64,000 nt of DNA, taken from Eubacteriales bacterium. GTDB taxonomy: Bacteria > Bacillota > Clostridia > Oscillospirales > CAG-382. Each line of letters begins with the position of its first letter. Within the stretch, counting starts at the first letter, position 1. A program made the translations under genes and the position numbers. Under the pieces are notes generated by a model that saw only the letters and a program-made list of their open reading frames with translations, was not told the origin of the DNA and did not search any database. Below, in pieces: positions 9,408-19,967 of the stretch. The DNA lies in assembly GCA_045589515.1 (NCBI GenBank), contig JAZNPH010000025.1, positions 4,034 through 68,033 on the forward strand. Direction: 5' to 3'.

Positions 9408-11504
9408 TTAAATTTGACGGTGGTTCCCCCGAATCATCTGCAGGATGGGAGATTGGTCCAGATTGACCTTTTTACCCACGGGCAGAATGCTGACCTCGGC
9501 AACCTTGCCGCCGTCGCTGTAGGTACGACTGATCAGTCCCTCGTCCGCAAGAACGTCCAGAATGACCTTGAAGCTGCAATAGGAAATATGAATATCCTCC
9601 TGCTCCAAGGCGCGGCAGGTGGCGGCGATAGCCATATGTTTGCTACTTTCCAGAACGTCGCGCTTCAGGAACTTGTAGACGTCTCTGAAGCCTGCCAGGG
9701 TAGGAACATCGCTGCGTGCAACGTCGCTGTGATCGGCAGGATCTATCAGACGGCGATAGGTGACCTCACCCTCAGCGGTGTCTTCACTTTCAATATCGGA
9801 CAGACGCAGAGCCTTGATGGTAACCTGGGGGGTGCATTGACCCATGTATTCGTTGATATCTGCGGTAAAGACAACATCACAGATATTCCCCTCGCTGAGT
9901 TTGAGATCAGCGGGAACGGAGAACCAGATGGCCCCAACCTCGCTACCTCCAAACTTATGGTCATGAGGACGGAGCTTGAACTTCAAATGCTTACCGCCGG
10001 AAAGGTATACCAGATCGGTAACCGCAACACGCTTCATCATCAGCACGGGCTGAGGATTCTGCAAGCCGAAGGGCTCCATAGTCTGCATCTCACGGATACC
10101 CTCAAGAGTGATATCGTTGAAATCCACCTTGCATTCGATTTCCAAAGGAAGGGAGGAATCGGTCTTCACCAGATACTGCTTGGCGTATTCGTTGATCCGC
10201 TTGCGGAAGTCGTCGATACGATCCTTGGAAACGGAGAGACCTGCGGCAAGCTCATGGCCGCCGTACTCACACAGAAGCTCCTCGCAGGAGGACAAAGCAT
10301 CCATGAGAGAAAAACCTTTGATACTTCTGCCAGATCCCTTGGCAACTTCCCCATCGTAAGAGAATAGAATGCATGGCAAAGAGAACTTCTCGGCAATTTT
10401 GGAAGCTACCACACCGATAACCCCCTGATGCCAGCCCTCGGAGCCGAGAACGTAGAAGCAATCGTCCTTGCAGGATGCTTCAATCTGGGCAAGAGCCTGC
10501 TCGTAGATTTCCTGCTCCATAGCCTGGCGAAGCTTGTTGGTCTCGCAAAGCTCCCCGGCAATACGATCTGCCATTTGCTCGTCCTTAGTGACCAGCAATT
10601 CCACAGCACGAGATGCGGAGGCGATTCTGCCTGCAGCGTTGATACGGGGAGCCAACACGTAGCCGACGGTGGAGGAAGTGACCTTCTTCACCTGTCTGCC
10701 ATGCTTGATGATGCCCGCATGACGCATCAGCGCAAGAATACCGGGAGAGCGGACAGTCTCCAGTTTCTTAAGTCCCATTGCCGCAATACGACGGTTTTCA
10801 TCAACAATAGGCATAACGTCTGCAATGGTACCGATGGCGACAATGTCCGCGTATCGATCACAGATCCGCTTGGTATCCCCGTCCACAGCACAAAGCACCT
10901 TGAACACCACGCCAACACCGGCAAGATTCTTAAAGGGATAGGGGCAATCCTCTCTGTGGGGATTCACCACCGCAACAGCCTCCGGAATTACCTCGCGGCA
11001 ATTGTGATGGTCGGTGATCACCATGTCGATTCCCTGTTCTTTTGCATACAGAGCTTCGTCAATGGCGGTGATACCCGTATCTACGGTGATGATCATATCT
11101 ACTCTGCCAACCATGCGTTTGATCACAGGGAGGCTGAGCCCATAGCCCTCGGAGATACGGTCAGGAATGAAATACTCGCACTTTACACCTCTGCCTGTGA
11201 GGTAATCGTACAGCATCATGGTAGAGGTAACGCCGTCTACGTCATAGTCGCCGTAGATACAGACACGCTCCTTGTTCTCGATGGCGCGACGGATTCTGGC
11301 AACGGCGGGCTCCATATCCTTGAGAAGATAGGGGTCGTGGAGAGGAATCTCATCCTTGTTTAAAAATGCTTTGACTTTATCGGCTGAGTCAAGCCCTCTG
11401 TTGGAGAGCAATTTAGCGGTCAGGGGAAGAACACCCAGCTCTGCCTGCAAACGGCTGCACAGGGTTTCGTTCAGCTCCCGGAGAACCCATTTTCTTTCTG
11501 TCAT
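9408..11504 (-). CDS. recJ: Single-stranded-DNA-specific exonuclease RecJ
   Basis: The 698-aa protein has DHH motifs (IYGDYDVDGVTS, ITVDTG, ITDHH) and DHHA1 (GGHELAAG). Confidence 0.9.
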   Translation of the reverse strand: MTERKWVLRELNETLCSRLQAELGVLPLTAKLLSNRGLDSADKVKAFLNKDEIPLHDPYLLKDMEPAVARIRRAIENKERVCIYGDYDVDGVTSTMMLYDYLTGRGVKCEYFIPDRISEGYGLSLPVIKRMVGRVDMIITVDTGITAIDEALYAKEQGIDMVITDHHNCREVIPEAVAVVNPHREDCPYPFKNLAGVGVVFKVLCAVDGDTKRICDRYADIVAIGTIADVMPIVDENRRIAAMGLKKLETVRSPGILALMRHAGIIKHGRQVKKVTSSTVGYVLAPRINAAGRIASASRAVELLVTKDEQMADRIAGELCETNKLRQAMEQEIYEQALAQIEASCKDDCFYVLGSEGWHQGVIGVVASKIAEKFSLPCILFSYDGEVAKGSGRSIKGFSLMDALSSCEELLCEYGGHELAAGLSVSKDRIDDFRKRINEYAKQYLVKTDSSLPLEIECKVDFNDITLEGIREMQTMEPFGLQNPQPVLMMKRVAVTDLVYLSGGKHLKFKLRPHDHKFGGSEVGAIWFSVPADLKLSEGNICDVVFTADINEYMGQCTPQVTIKALRLSDIESEDTAEGEVTYRRLIDPADHSDVARSDVPTLAGFRDVYKFLKRDVLESSKHMAIAATCRALEQEDIHISYCSFKVILDVLADEGLISRTYSDGGKVAEVSILPVGKKVNLDQSPILQMIRGNHRQI

Positions 11505-11532
11505 TTGACTCCGCCTCCTTTCTGTTTTATCA

Positions 11533-12804
11533 TCAGGGAATCATGTTTTCGACAACCTGCAAGGTCATCTCTGCCACGGAAACGGTATAATTTCCAACCA
11601 CACAAATATGGTTATTGCCGGTAGAAATCTCGGCGATACCGATGTAATCACCGGTGGCCGTATCCTTCTGCATGGTGTTGTAGTTGACCATAACAGTCAT
11701 AAGCTCGCTGTTATAATTCAAAACTTCTTGATACGGACCGAGAATGCGAACGGTAATATCTCTGATCGCCTCCGCGATGAGATTACTGTCTGCGGGAATC
11801 CCGTAGACAAAAATGCGTGAAGCGTCGATTTCGATATCCGCAAAACTGATGGCGGGAAGTGATACCGTATAAGTGAATTCCGTTTCGCCGAATTCAGCAC
11901 CGAGCGTAGTAGGAACGTTGTTCTCCGTCAAAAGCTCGAAAACCGTCATGGTTCTGGAAAAATCACCATTTTCGATGGACTCATCACAAGTAACGGTGAG
12001 GTAATCTACCTTCGAAAGATCGTAAACGGGCCCCTCCAGAGTCACGGAAGACAAGCCTGTCACAAAGCTGACCTCGTCTGCAGTGAAATCCGTATTCTCC
12101 ATAACAAGCTTGACGGGAACGGTCTTCTTGCCATTCATGGTAATGGTAACGTTCACCGTATTACGGCTGAGGGAAATATAGGGGTTGGAAATCGTCGCTT
12201 TTGTTTCCATATCCCGCAGCAAAATGTTGCCGCTAACGTTAAAGGAACCGGTCACAACGTTGCCAAGATCAAAATGAACGTAAGCTTCCGCATTGCTGAT
12301 GATGCTTTCGGGACCGTACACCGTAACAACGTAAGCATCCTGCTTCACCTGCCCAATGGTATAGGCAGACGTATAGGTTTTTTCCACGTTGATCTGAATG
12401 GTACGGGAGGTAAAAACGTCCACGTACAAAGTCACGTTGGGAACGGAAACGGATTCCACGGTAGAGCCGTTGGGCGCAACCACAGTTACGGGAAGAGTGG
12501 CCAAGCCCGGGCCGTTTACGCCGGAAATATCCACGTAAGCGGAAAGATCCCCGGCGTCGATATCGGAAAGCAGTTGGCGGGTGCCCTCCAAACGAACGTC
12601 TACGGACAGGGAGAAACTGTCTCCGTCCGCCACAGTATAGCCGTTGGTATTCACACCCATGATCTCAACCACCACGCCGGTGTAAGTCTCGCTGGCCATT
12701 TCGGTATCGTAGCCAATGGCGTACATCCAAAGAAGCAAAGCGCCGAACAATGCTACCGCAAAGGTAAAGATCTTTCTTTTTCTGCCAATCACTTCGTTAT
12801 TCAT
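11533..12804 (-). CDS. cdaR: YbbR-domain protein, putative diadenylate cyclase regulator CdaR
   Basis: It has an N-terminal TM helix (IFTFAVALFGALLLWMYAIGY) followed by repeated beta-rich YbbR-like segments. It overlaps the cdaA stop by 8 nt. Confidence 0.7.
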   Translation of the reverse strand: MNNEVIGRKRKIFTFAVALFGALLLWMYAIGYDTEMASETYTGVVVEIMGVNTNGYTVADGDSFSLSVDVRLEGTRQLLSDIDAGDLSAYVDISGVNGPGLATLPVTVVAPNGSTVESVSVPNVTLYVDVFTSRTIQINVEKTYTSAYTIGQVKQDAYVVTVYGPESIISNAEAYVHFDLGNVVTGSFNVSGNILLRDMETKATISNPYISLSRNTVNVTITMNGKKTVPVKLVMENTDFTADEVSFVTGLSSVTLEGPVYDLSKVDYLTVTCDESIENGDFSRTMTVFELLTENNVPTTLGAEFGETEFTYTVSLPAISFADIEIDASRIFVYGIPADSNLIAEAIRDITVRILGPYQEVLNYNSELMTVMVNYNTMQKDTATGDYIGIAEISTGNNHICVVGNYTVSVAEMTLQVVENMIP

Positions 12805-13693
12805 CGTTCTTTTTGCCTCCCTTCCGAAGAATGGTGCCTTTGAAACGATTTACCATTTTTTCTGCAATGGCATCCTCGCGGGAAAGACGCACGTTGAGGT
12901 ATTCCTCCAAAGAACTTCGGTCAAAGCCACGCTTCAACTCCCCTTCTACCGCGACGGAAATGATACCGGTCTCCTCGGAAACAATCAAAACAACCGCATC
13001 ACTGTTCTCGCTCATGCCAATACCTGCACGATGACGCGTGCCAAGTTCACGAATGAGATCCTCGTTGGAGGACAAAGGCAACAAGCAACCCGCAGCATAA
13101 AGTCGGGAATTGCTGATGATCACGGCACCGTCGTGCAAAGGAGATTTGTTGAAGAAAATATTTTCCAAAAGATAAGAGGATACATCCGCGTTAACAACGG
13201 TACCCGTCTTTGCCTGGTCACCAAGCTTTGTTTCACGTTCAAAAACGATCAAAGCGCCTGTTCTGGTCTTTGAGAAATAATCTGCGGCAATGCAGACCTC
13301 GTTCACAACGGATCGAAGAGCATCCTGGTTTTTATCCAGCTTGCCTTTGAAGTTATGGAAAGTGGTACCACCCACCTTTTCCAAGAAGCTGCGAAGCTCC
13401 GGCTGGAACACAACGATGAGAGAAAGGATACCTACAGAGAAGACGTTTGTCAAAATAAAATTCAGCGCCTTCATCTTCGCGACCTCGCTGATCAACAGCA
13501 AAACGATCAGCAAAACAACACCCACAAGCAATTTGCCTGCGCGGCGCTTCCGCATAAATTGGAAGATGTAATAGAAAACGAACGCCACCAAAAGGATGTC
13601 CAAGACATCCACGGCACGGATCGATTTCAATTGTTCGCCTACATAGCGAAAATAATCTAAGATCGCAGACACTTTCTTCCCACCTTGCAACAA
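12797..13693 (-). CDS. cdaA: Diadenylate cyclase CdaA
   Basis: It has three N-terminal TM helices and a DAC domain with the motifs GALIV.ERE, DGA.II and GTRHRAG.G.SE.SDA. The start codon is uncertain (TTG at 13693 or a downstream GTG). Confidence 0.85.
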   Translation of the reverse strand: MLQGGKKVSAILDYFRYVGEQLKSIRAVDVLDILLVAFVFYYIFQFMRKRRAGKLLVGVVLLIVLLLISEVAKMKALNFILTNVFSVGILSLIVVFQPELRSFLEKVGGTTFHNFKGKLDKNQDALRSVVNEVCIAADYFSKTRTGALIVFERETKLGDQAKTGTVVNADVSSYLLENIFFNKSPLHDGAVIISNSRLYAAGCLLPLSSNEDLIRELGTRHRAGIGMSENSDAVVLIVSEETGIISVAVEGELKRGFDRSSLEEYLNVRLSREDAIAEKMVNRFKGTILRKGGKKNDE

Positions 13694-13710
13694 AAAGTCA
13701 TCCGTTTCTC

Positions 13711-13739
13711 ATAATAACATATACAAAAAACGTTGTCAA
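13711..13739 (-). promoter_or_regulatory. Putative sigma-A promoter for cdaA-cdaR
   Basis: The minus strand reads TTGACA (13739-13734), a 17-nt spacer, then TATTAT (13716-13711). This lies in the 68-nt gap between rdgB and cdaA. Confidence 0.4.
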
Positions 13740-13761
13740 GAATTTCGATCGGTTTTTTGCG

Positions 13762-14364
13762 CTATTTCAAAAAGAAATCGCGTTTTTTCATCAAAAGTGA
13801 CAGCGCATTCCCACGATGACTCACGGCATTCTTTTCGCTGCCTGTCAATTCGGCAAAGGTCTTGCCAAACGGAGGGTAAAAGAACAAAGGATCGTATCCG
13901 AAAGTACCGTCTCCACGCTTGGACTCCAGAATGATTCCTTCGGCAGTGCCGCGAACGGTGAGATACTCTCCGTCTTCACGATAAACACAGATCGCACTGA
14001 CAAAACGTGCGGTTCGTTTCTCCGCAGGAACCTCGGACAACTCACGCAAAAGCTTTGCATTGTTGGCATCGTCATCCCCGTGAACGCCTGCATATCTCGC
14101 AGAATGGACACCCGGGGCGCCATTCAAAGCATCCACCTCCAAGCCGCTGTCGTCGGCAATGGCCATACATCCCGTCGCAAGAGCAACGGTGCGGGCTTTG
14201 ATGAGAGAGTTTTCCTCGAATGTCAGCCCGTCCTCAATGATCTCGCCCGAAAAGCCGGACTCTCTGAGAGAGACGATCTCCGCAGGGATCTCCGCCTCGC
14301 GGAAATAACGGCGGAACTCCTCAAGCTTATGAGCATTGTCGGAGGCTAAAATAATTCTTTTCAT
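13762..14364 (-). CDS. rdgB: XTP/dITP diphosphatase (RdgB/HAM1 family)
   Basis: MKRIILASDNAHKLEEF, ADDSGLEVDALNGAPGV.SARYAG and FGYDP.F are canonical. The protein is 200 aa. Confidence 0.85.
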   Translation of the reverse strand: MKRIILASDNAHKLEEFRRYFREAEIPAEIVSLRESGFSGEIIEDGLTFEENSLIKARTVALATGCMAIADDSGLEVDALNGAPGVHSARYAGVHGDDDANNAKLLRELSEVPAEKRTARFVSAICVYREDGEYLTVRGTAEGIILESKRGDGTFGYDPLFFYPPFGKTFAELTGSEKNAVSHRGNALSLLMKKRDFFLK

Positions 14365-14372
14365 GTGTGGTC

Positions 14373-15284
14373 TTATCCCTCAAAGAATGCTTCGATAAAT
14401 TCGGTACCGTTAAAGGTCTGAAGATCGTCGATGCCTTCGCCTACGCCGATGAACTTCACAGGGATGCCCAGCTCACGCTTTATGGCAAGAACAATACCAC
14501 CCTTGGCGGTACCGTCCAGCTTGGTGAGTACCAAGCCGGAGATATCGGCGGCCTTGCGGAATTCCTTGGCCTGTACCAAGGCGTTCTGACCTGTGGAGGC
14601 ATCCAGCACCAAAAGGGTGTCTCTGGTGGCCTCGGGAAGCTCGCGAGAGATCACGCGGTTGATCTTGGCGAGTTCGTCGATCAAATTCTTCTTGTTGTGA
14701 AGTCTGCCTGCGGTATCCACGATAAGGACATCAACACCCTGCTTTCTGGCGGCACCTGCGGCATCGAATACCACAGCGGCGGGGTCTGCACCCTCTTTTT
14801 GCTTGATCAGCGGGACGTTGCTTCTGTTTGCCCAAACCTCAAGCTGCTCAATGGCGGCGGCACGGAAGGTATCTGCGGCACAGAGCATCACTTTTTTGCC
14901 CTGCTGCTTCAGACAGTTTGCGATCTTACCGATGGAGGTAGTCTTACCAACGCCGTTGACGCCGATGACCAGGATCACGGATACTCCGTTCTCCCCAAGG
15001 GTCAAGGGAGCGCCCTCCCCTACCAGCTCCCGCAGAATAGCGCGGAACTCCTCTCTGGCAAGCTCGGTCTCCTTGATCTTCTTTTCTTTCAGCCGTTCTC
15101 TCAAGGTATCTGCGATATACTCGGAGGTCTCCACTCCCACGTCTGCCATGATCAGCAGATCGGTAAGCTCCTCGAAAAAGTCATCATCAACCTTGTCGCC
15201 GGAGGCAAACAGCATATCCACCGGCTTCAGCAGTGCATCCTTGGTCTTCTTCAGACCGGATTTCAGTTTATCAAAAAATCCCAT
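14373..15284 (-). CDS. ftsY: Signal recognition particle receptor FtsY
   Basis: The NG domain has GVNGVGKTTSIGK, DTAGRLHNK and TKLDGTAKGG. The start ATG shares one base with the smc TGA stop (TGATG). Confidence 0.92.
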   Translation of the reverse strand: MGFFDKLKSGLKKTKDALLKPVDMLFASGDKVDDDFFEELTDLLIMADVGVETSEYIADTLRERLKEKKIKETELAREEFRAILRELVGEGAPLTLGENGVSVILVIGVNGVGKTTSIGKIANCLKQQGKKVMLCAADTFRAAAIEQLEVWANRSNVPLIKQKEGADPAAVVFDAAGAARKQGVDVLIVDTAGRLHNKKNLIDELAKINRVISRELPEATRDTLLVLDASTGQNALVQAKEFRKAADISGLVLTKLDGTAKGGIVLAIKRELGIPVKFIGVGEGIDDLQTFNGTEFIEAFFEG

Positions 15285-18200
15285 CAGTTGGTGTACTCCT
15301 TAAAATTCTCTTCCAAGCCGGAAAGGCTGAGACGGATATAATCGGAAATGCCCTTCTGGTGCATGGTCACACCGTAAAGGGTATCGGCACGCTCCATGGT
15401 ACCGCGACGATGAGTGATGACGATATACTGGGTCTTTTCGCTGTGAGAACGGATGTAATCGGCGAATTTATTTAGGTTGATATCGTCAAGAGCGCTCTCG
15501 ATCTCGTCGAAGATACAGAAGGGTGCAGGGTTGACGCTTTGCAAAGCGAGATACAGGGCAATAGCCGCAAAGGACTGCTCCCCGCCGGAGAGCAAGGAAA
15601 TGCTCTTGACACTCTTTCCCGGCGGTTTCAAGATAATGTCGATGCCGCATTCCAGAGGATTCTCCGGGTCTTGCAATTCAATCCTTGCGCTGCCGCCGCC
15701 GAAGAGCTCAACAAATACCTGTGCAAAGCTTTCGTTGATCTGCCTGAAGGTGGTGACAAAGTTTTCCTTCATCTCCGTCTCAAGCTTGGAAATGGTACCG
15801 TCCAAACTGCGGCGGGTCTTCTGCAGATCCTCCACCTGGGCAGACAGGAAGTCAAAGCGTTCTTTGGTCTGGCGATATTCCTCCACGGCGTTGACGTTGA
15901 TCACGCCCATGGAGCGGATCTTCGCCTTCAGAGAAGCCAAACGGGAGGGCGCTTTTTCCATCTGCTCGTCGGGCAGTCGGTATGCTTCCGCGTCGGAATA
16001 GGTCAGCTCGTATTCATCCCACAGCTTGGCTGTGACGGTATCGAAATCCTCGTTGAGGCGGCGGAAGTTGTTCTCTTCGTTGGTCACCTGCACAAAGGCG
16101 GCTTCCCGCTTCTGCTGAGCCTCCTTATGCTGACGGCGGATCTCGGCGAGCTTGGATTCCTGTGCCTCGCGGCTACCCACAAGATCTTGCAATTTCTCTT
16201 CTGCCAAGGTGATTCCCTTGCAGGCAGCAAGGATCTTTTCTTCCACCACCGCGATGCGGTTGCCCCGCTCGGCGATGCTGTTCTGTGCGGAGGCAACTGC
16301 GATGCGGAGATTGGCGATACGATCCATGACTCCGGTCAGCTGTGCGGTCTGCTGAGCAAGAGCGGCAGATAAGCTGTCGGTATAGGAACGCTTGGATACT
16401 ACCACAATGCGCGCCTGAGACAATGCCTCATAGGCGGCAGATTCTGCCGAACGGGCATCCTCAACCTGTTTTTTACAGGAGCGGTTCTTCTCTTCTGCGG
16501 TGAGAACGGCCTGGTTGCGAACCTCCAAGCCCTTCTGAACCGCCTGCAAACGTTCCTCCAAGGAACGTCTGCCGTCGGAATCAGCATTCTTTCCGTTTTC
16601 GATGGCATGGATATGAGAAAGCTCCTCTTCCATACGCACCTGATAGCCGTTGATCTCGTTTTCCGCTTCATCATAACGAGACTTCTGCTCTGCGGAAAGA
16701 AGCTCCAGCTCTGCTACGGCTGCTTCGTTTTCTTCCACAGCGCGTTTTCTGCGGGCGGCCTTACGGTCAAGCTCCAGAAGCGCCATATTCAGCTCGCGGA
16801 TCTCCCCCGAGAGGCGCTCAATATCCATAGCGCGGGTAAACACGCCAACCTTTTTGGCAGAGGCGCCTCCTGTGAAGCTTCCGCCGGGATGGATCACCTG
16901 TCCGTCCAGGGTGACAATCTTCACCTTATAGCCGGTAGCGGCAGCGATCTTGGTGGCGTTGTCGATATGGTCGGCGATCACCGTTCTGCCAAGCAGATCG
17001 TTGGCGACACCGCGGAATTTCTCTTCAAAGCGGGCAAGCTGAGACGCAATTCCTACATATCCCTCCATGCCCTTGATCTTGGAAACGTCGCAAAGAGAGC
17101 CTTTGACAGTGTCCAGAGGCAGGAAGGTGGCTCGACCGATACGATGCTCTTTCAGATAACGGATACAAGCCTTGGCATCCTCGGCGCTTTCCACCACGAT
17201 GAACTGGACAGAAGCGGCAAGTGCGGTTTCAAGAGCGACCACATATTCGTTATCGGCGGAAAGAATGTTGGAAACGGGCCCGTGAAGAACCACGTTAGCG
17301 CCGCCGTTTCTGCGGATCTTTCCTGCGGCGCCCTCCTTTAAGATGCTGCGCACGCTTTCGGAATACCCCTCAAAGAGTTGCTCCATTCTTTGCAAGGATT
17401 CTCTGCGCTGTTCGGATGCGGTGAGTTTCAGACGGAGGGAAACGGCTTCCTCGCGAAGTTTTGCTTCCTCGACGGAGTCGATACGGATCTGTTCACGCTT
17501 TTCCTTGATGGAAGTGAGGGTTTCAAGATATTCTTCCTCCAGTCCGTCACGAACTTTTTCTTTTTCGGAGCAAACAGCTTCCAAAGACGCGATACGCTCT
17601 CTGCCTGCGGCGATACGTTCCTCGCTTTCCGAATCGCTTTTCTTGGCGGCCTCCCATTCGGCGGACAGGGCGGCCTCGGCCATGTTCAGATCGGAAAGCG
17701 CCTGTCTGGCAAGGGTAAGCTCCTGTTCCGCCTCCTCGGCGGCTTCCGTGCAGGCAGAGACGGTGGCTCTTGCGGTCTGCCATGTCTGCTCCTTGACGGT
17801 ACAATCTTCCTCGGCGGACTTTACATCTTCCTTGGAGGCGGCAATTTCCTGTTCGGAAACGGAGATCTGCTTAGCGATCACGGCGGACTGCTGTTCCGAT
17901 TCGGTGATCTCCTTGCTGCCGTCGGTGACGATCTGCTCATAGTGCTGAAGGTCGTTGAGGCAGACGGCTTTTTCGCCCTCCGCTTCTGCCTTCACACGCT
18001 CGGAGACAGCTTTTTCCTGTTCTGCCAAAGACATGAGGCGGGCAAACTCGTAGCTTTCGTTCAGCTGGTCATCCAGCTCCTTTTCCAGGGCAGTCTCGGA
18101 AAGCTGTGCCTGCTCCAGGGCAGTCTTGGCGTGGGTCAGACCCTCCTCGCCCAAATTCCGTTTTTCACGCAGGTCATCCAGACGGTTCAGCCAAAGGGTG

Positions 18201-18943
18201 ATCTCCAAGCCCTTCTTTTCCTCGCTGAGAACTAAGTACTGCTTGGCGTTTTCCGCTTCCTTTTCCAAGGGCTTCACACGGGAGGCGACCTCCTGGAGAA
18301 TGTCGGTGACACGCAAAAGATTGTTTTCCGTATCTGCCAGCTTCCGTTCTGCCTCGGTCTTACGATAGCGGAAGCGGGAGATGCCTGCTGCCTCCTCAAA
18401 GATGCTTCGGCGCTCATCGCCTTTTTGGGAGAGAACCTCAGCGATCTTACCCTGGCTGATAACGGAGTATCCCTCTCTGCCGATACCTGTATCGTAGAAC
18501 ATCTCGTAGATATCACGGAGGCGGGACAGCTTGCGGTTGATATAGTACTCACTTTCGCCGCTACGGTAATACTTACGGGTGATGATGGTCTCGGGGGAAT
18601 CGGAGAGACGGGGTTTATCGTCGGAGGACGGTTCCTCCTCCGGAGAATCCAAGGTCAATTGGTGGGTGGAGCGGTATTCCTCCTCGGAATCGATATACAG
18701 AGATACCGAAGCGCAGTTGGAGGCGGGACGGGTGGGCGTGCCGTTGAAAATGACGTCGTCCATTTTGGAGCCGCGCAGGCTCTTCATGCTCATTTCACCC
18801 AAAACCCAACGAACGGCGTCGGAGATATTGGACTTACCGCTTCCGTTGGGGCCGATGATGGCGGTGACACCTTGCTCGAAGGTGATCTTTGTTTTGTCGG
18901 GGAACGATTTGAACCCCTGCATTTCCACAGCTTTTAATCGCAT
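15284..18943 (-). CDS. smc: Chromosome segregation protein SMC
   Basis: The 1,219-aa protein has the N-terminal Walker A GPNGSGKSNI, long coiled coils flanking a hinge, the C-terminal signature LSGGE and Walker B FCIFDEIESALD. Confidence 0.95.
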   Translation of the reverse strand: MRLKAVEMQGFKSFPDKTKITFEQGVTAIIGPNGSGKSNISDAVRWVLGEMSMKSLRGSKMDDVIFNGTPTRPASNCASVSLYIDSEEEYRSTHQLTLDSPEEEPSSDDKPRLSDSPETIITRKYYRSGESEYYINRKLSRLRDIYEMFYDTGIGREGYSVISQGKIAEVLSQKGDERRSIFEEAAGISRFRYRKTEAERKLADTENNLLRVTDILQEVASRVKPLEKEAENAKQYLVLSEEKKGLEITLWLNRLDDLREKRNLGEEGLTHAKTALEQAQLSETALEKELDDQLNESYEFARLMSLAEQEKAVSERVKAEAEGEKAVCLNDLQHYEQIVTDGSKEITESEQQSAVIAKQISVSEQEIAASKEDVKSAEEDCTVKEQTWQTARATVSACTEAAEEAEQELTLARQALSDLNMAEAALSAEWEAAKKSDSESEERIAAGRERIASLEAVCSEKEKVRDGLEEEYLETLTSIKEKREQIRIDSVEEAKLREEAVSLRLKLTASEQRRESLQRMEQLFEGYSESVRSILKEGAAGKIRRNGGANVVLHGPVSNILSADNEYVVALETALAASVQFIVVESAEDAKACIRYLKEHRIGRATFLPLDTVKGSLCDVSKIKGMEGYVGIASQLARFEEKFRGVANDLLGRTVIADHIDNATKIAAATGYKVKIVTLDGQVIHPGGSFTGGASAKKVGVFTRAMDIERLSGEIRELNMALLELDRKAARRKRAVEENEAAVAELELLSAEQKSRYDEAENEINGYQVRMEEELSHIHAIENGKNADSDGRRSLEERLQAVQKGLEVRNQAVLTAEEKNRSCKKQVEDARSAESAAYEALSQARIVVVSKRSYTDSLSAALAQQTAQLTGVMDRIANLRIAVASAQNSIAERGNRIAVVEEKILAACKGITLAEEKLQDLVGSREAQESKLAEIRRQHKEAQQKREAAFVQVTNEENNFRRLNEDFDTVTAKLWDEYELTYSDAEAYRLPDEQMEKAPSRLASLKAKIRSMGVINVNAVEEYRQTKERFDFLSAQVEDLQKTRRSLDGTISKLETEMKENFVTTFRQINESFAQVFVELFGGGSARIELQDPENPLECGIDIILKPPGKSVKSISLLSGGEQSFAAIALYLALQSVNPAPFCIFDEIESALDDINLNKFADYIRSHSEKTQYIVITHRRGTMERADTLYGVTMHQKGISDYIRLSLSGLEENFKEYTN

Positions 18944-18950
18944 GGTTTTG

Positions 18951-19967
18951 TTATCCTTCTATTGAGATTTTCACGCGGGGGACAGAAAGAGCTTCGTCCT
19001 CCTGCAGATCAAGGGTACGGGGTAACAGAATGGTTTGTAATTCTTTCAGCACCAGACGGCCGTGGCCTGTCAGTTTGGAAAGCTCTCCGACGGGCAGATG
19101 TACGGTAAGGTGCTTGTTTTTCGCTTGGTTTTTCGCCTGTAACAGGATCTCTTTTGCATAGAGGTAACCGTAGGCCAACTCTGCAAGAGAGCCGTCGGTA
19201 GGGCCGAAGGGGGCTTCGGTAAGCTCTTTTGAGGATTGTAATCCGATCTTCAACACCTTAACGCCTCGAGACCAAAAGGTCTCCAGACAGGGAACGGTAC
19301 GTCTAGCGGCGGTAACGTCGTCCATGGGATGATACGCGCCCTGCAACGTCATTTGATGAAGCTTGGTTCCCGCAAAGACCACAGTGGGATAGATGCGTGC
19401 TTCCTTTGCTCCCATGTCACAGATGGCTTTGGCGGTGGCCAGCTCTTTTTCCTCGTCCGAGCCGGGTAGGCCAAGCATCATTTGTCCGCCAAACACAAAG
19501 CCGTGTTTGACAAGCAGTTCAGCGGAGGCTCGGGTTTGAGAGGCGGTGTGCCCTCTCCCCGACAAACGTAACACCTCGTCATCCATGCTTTGCACCCCAA
19601 GCTCCACGTGGGTGACACGGTAGTGCTTGAGGATTGCAACAATCTCTTCGTCGATGAGATCGGGACGGGTGGAGATACGAATGCTTGCGGCATCTCCCCT
19701 CTCCAAATATAGATTTGCACGCTCCAACAGAGCAATCATGCGCTTCTTGAGAATTCCCGTAAAGCTGCCGCCGAAGAAGGCGATCTGATTCTCGGTAGTA
19801 TGGAGCGCCCCTGCGTTCGCCATCATGGAATCGAAGGCAGAAAGCTCCGTTTGCAGATCCTCAGCTGTTTCCGTGTGGCCTGTAATCTTTTCCTGAGCGC
19901 AGAAGGCACAACGATGAGGGCATCCCGCGAAGGGGACGAAAAAAGGCAGATTACGGTGTTTCTTCAT
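18951..19967 (-). CDS. Radical SAM protein (ELP3/MiaB-like family, function unknown)
   Basis: It has an N-terminal CxxxCxxC motif (FAGCPHRCAFCAQ) and is 338 aa. It sits between rnc and smc, as in many Clostridia. Confidence 0.75.
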   Translation of the reverse strand: MKKHRNLPFFVPFAGCPHRCAFCAQEKITGHTETAEDLQTELSAFDSMMANAGALHTTENQIAFFGGSFTGILKKRMIALLERANLYLERGDAASIRISTRPDLIDEEIVAILKHYRVTHVELGVQSMDDEVLRLSGRGHTASQTRASAELLVKHGFVFGGQMMLGLPGSDEEKELATAKAICDMGAKEARIYPTVVFAGTKLHQMTLQGAYHPMDDVTAARRTVPCLETFWSRGVKVLKIGLQSSKELTEAPFGPTDGSLAELAYGYLYAKEILLQAKNQAKNKHLTVHLPVGELSKLTGHGRLVLKELQTILLPRTLDLQEDEALSVPRVKISIEG

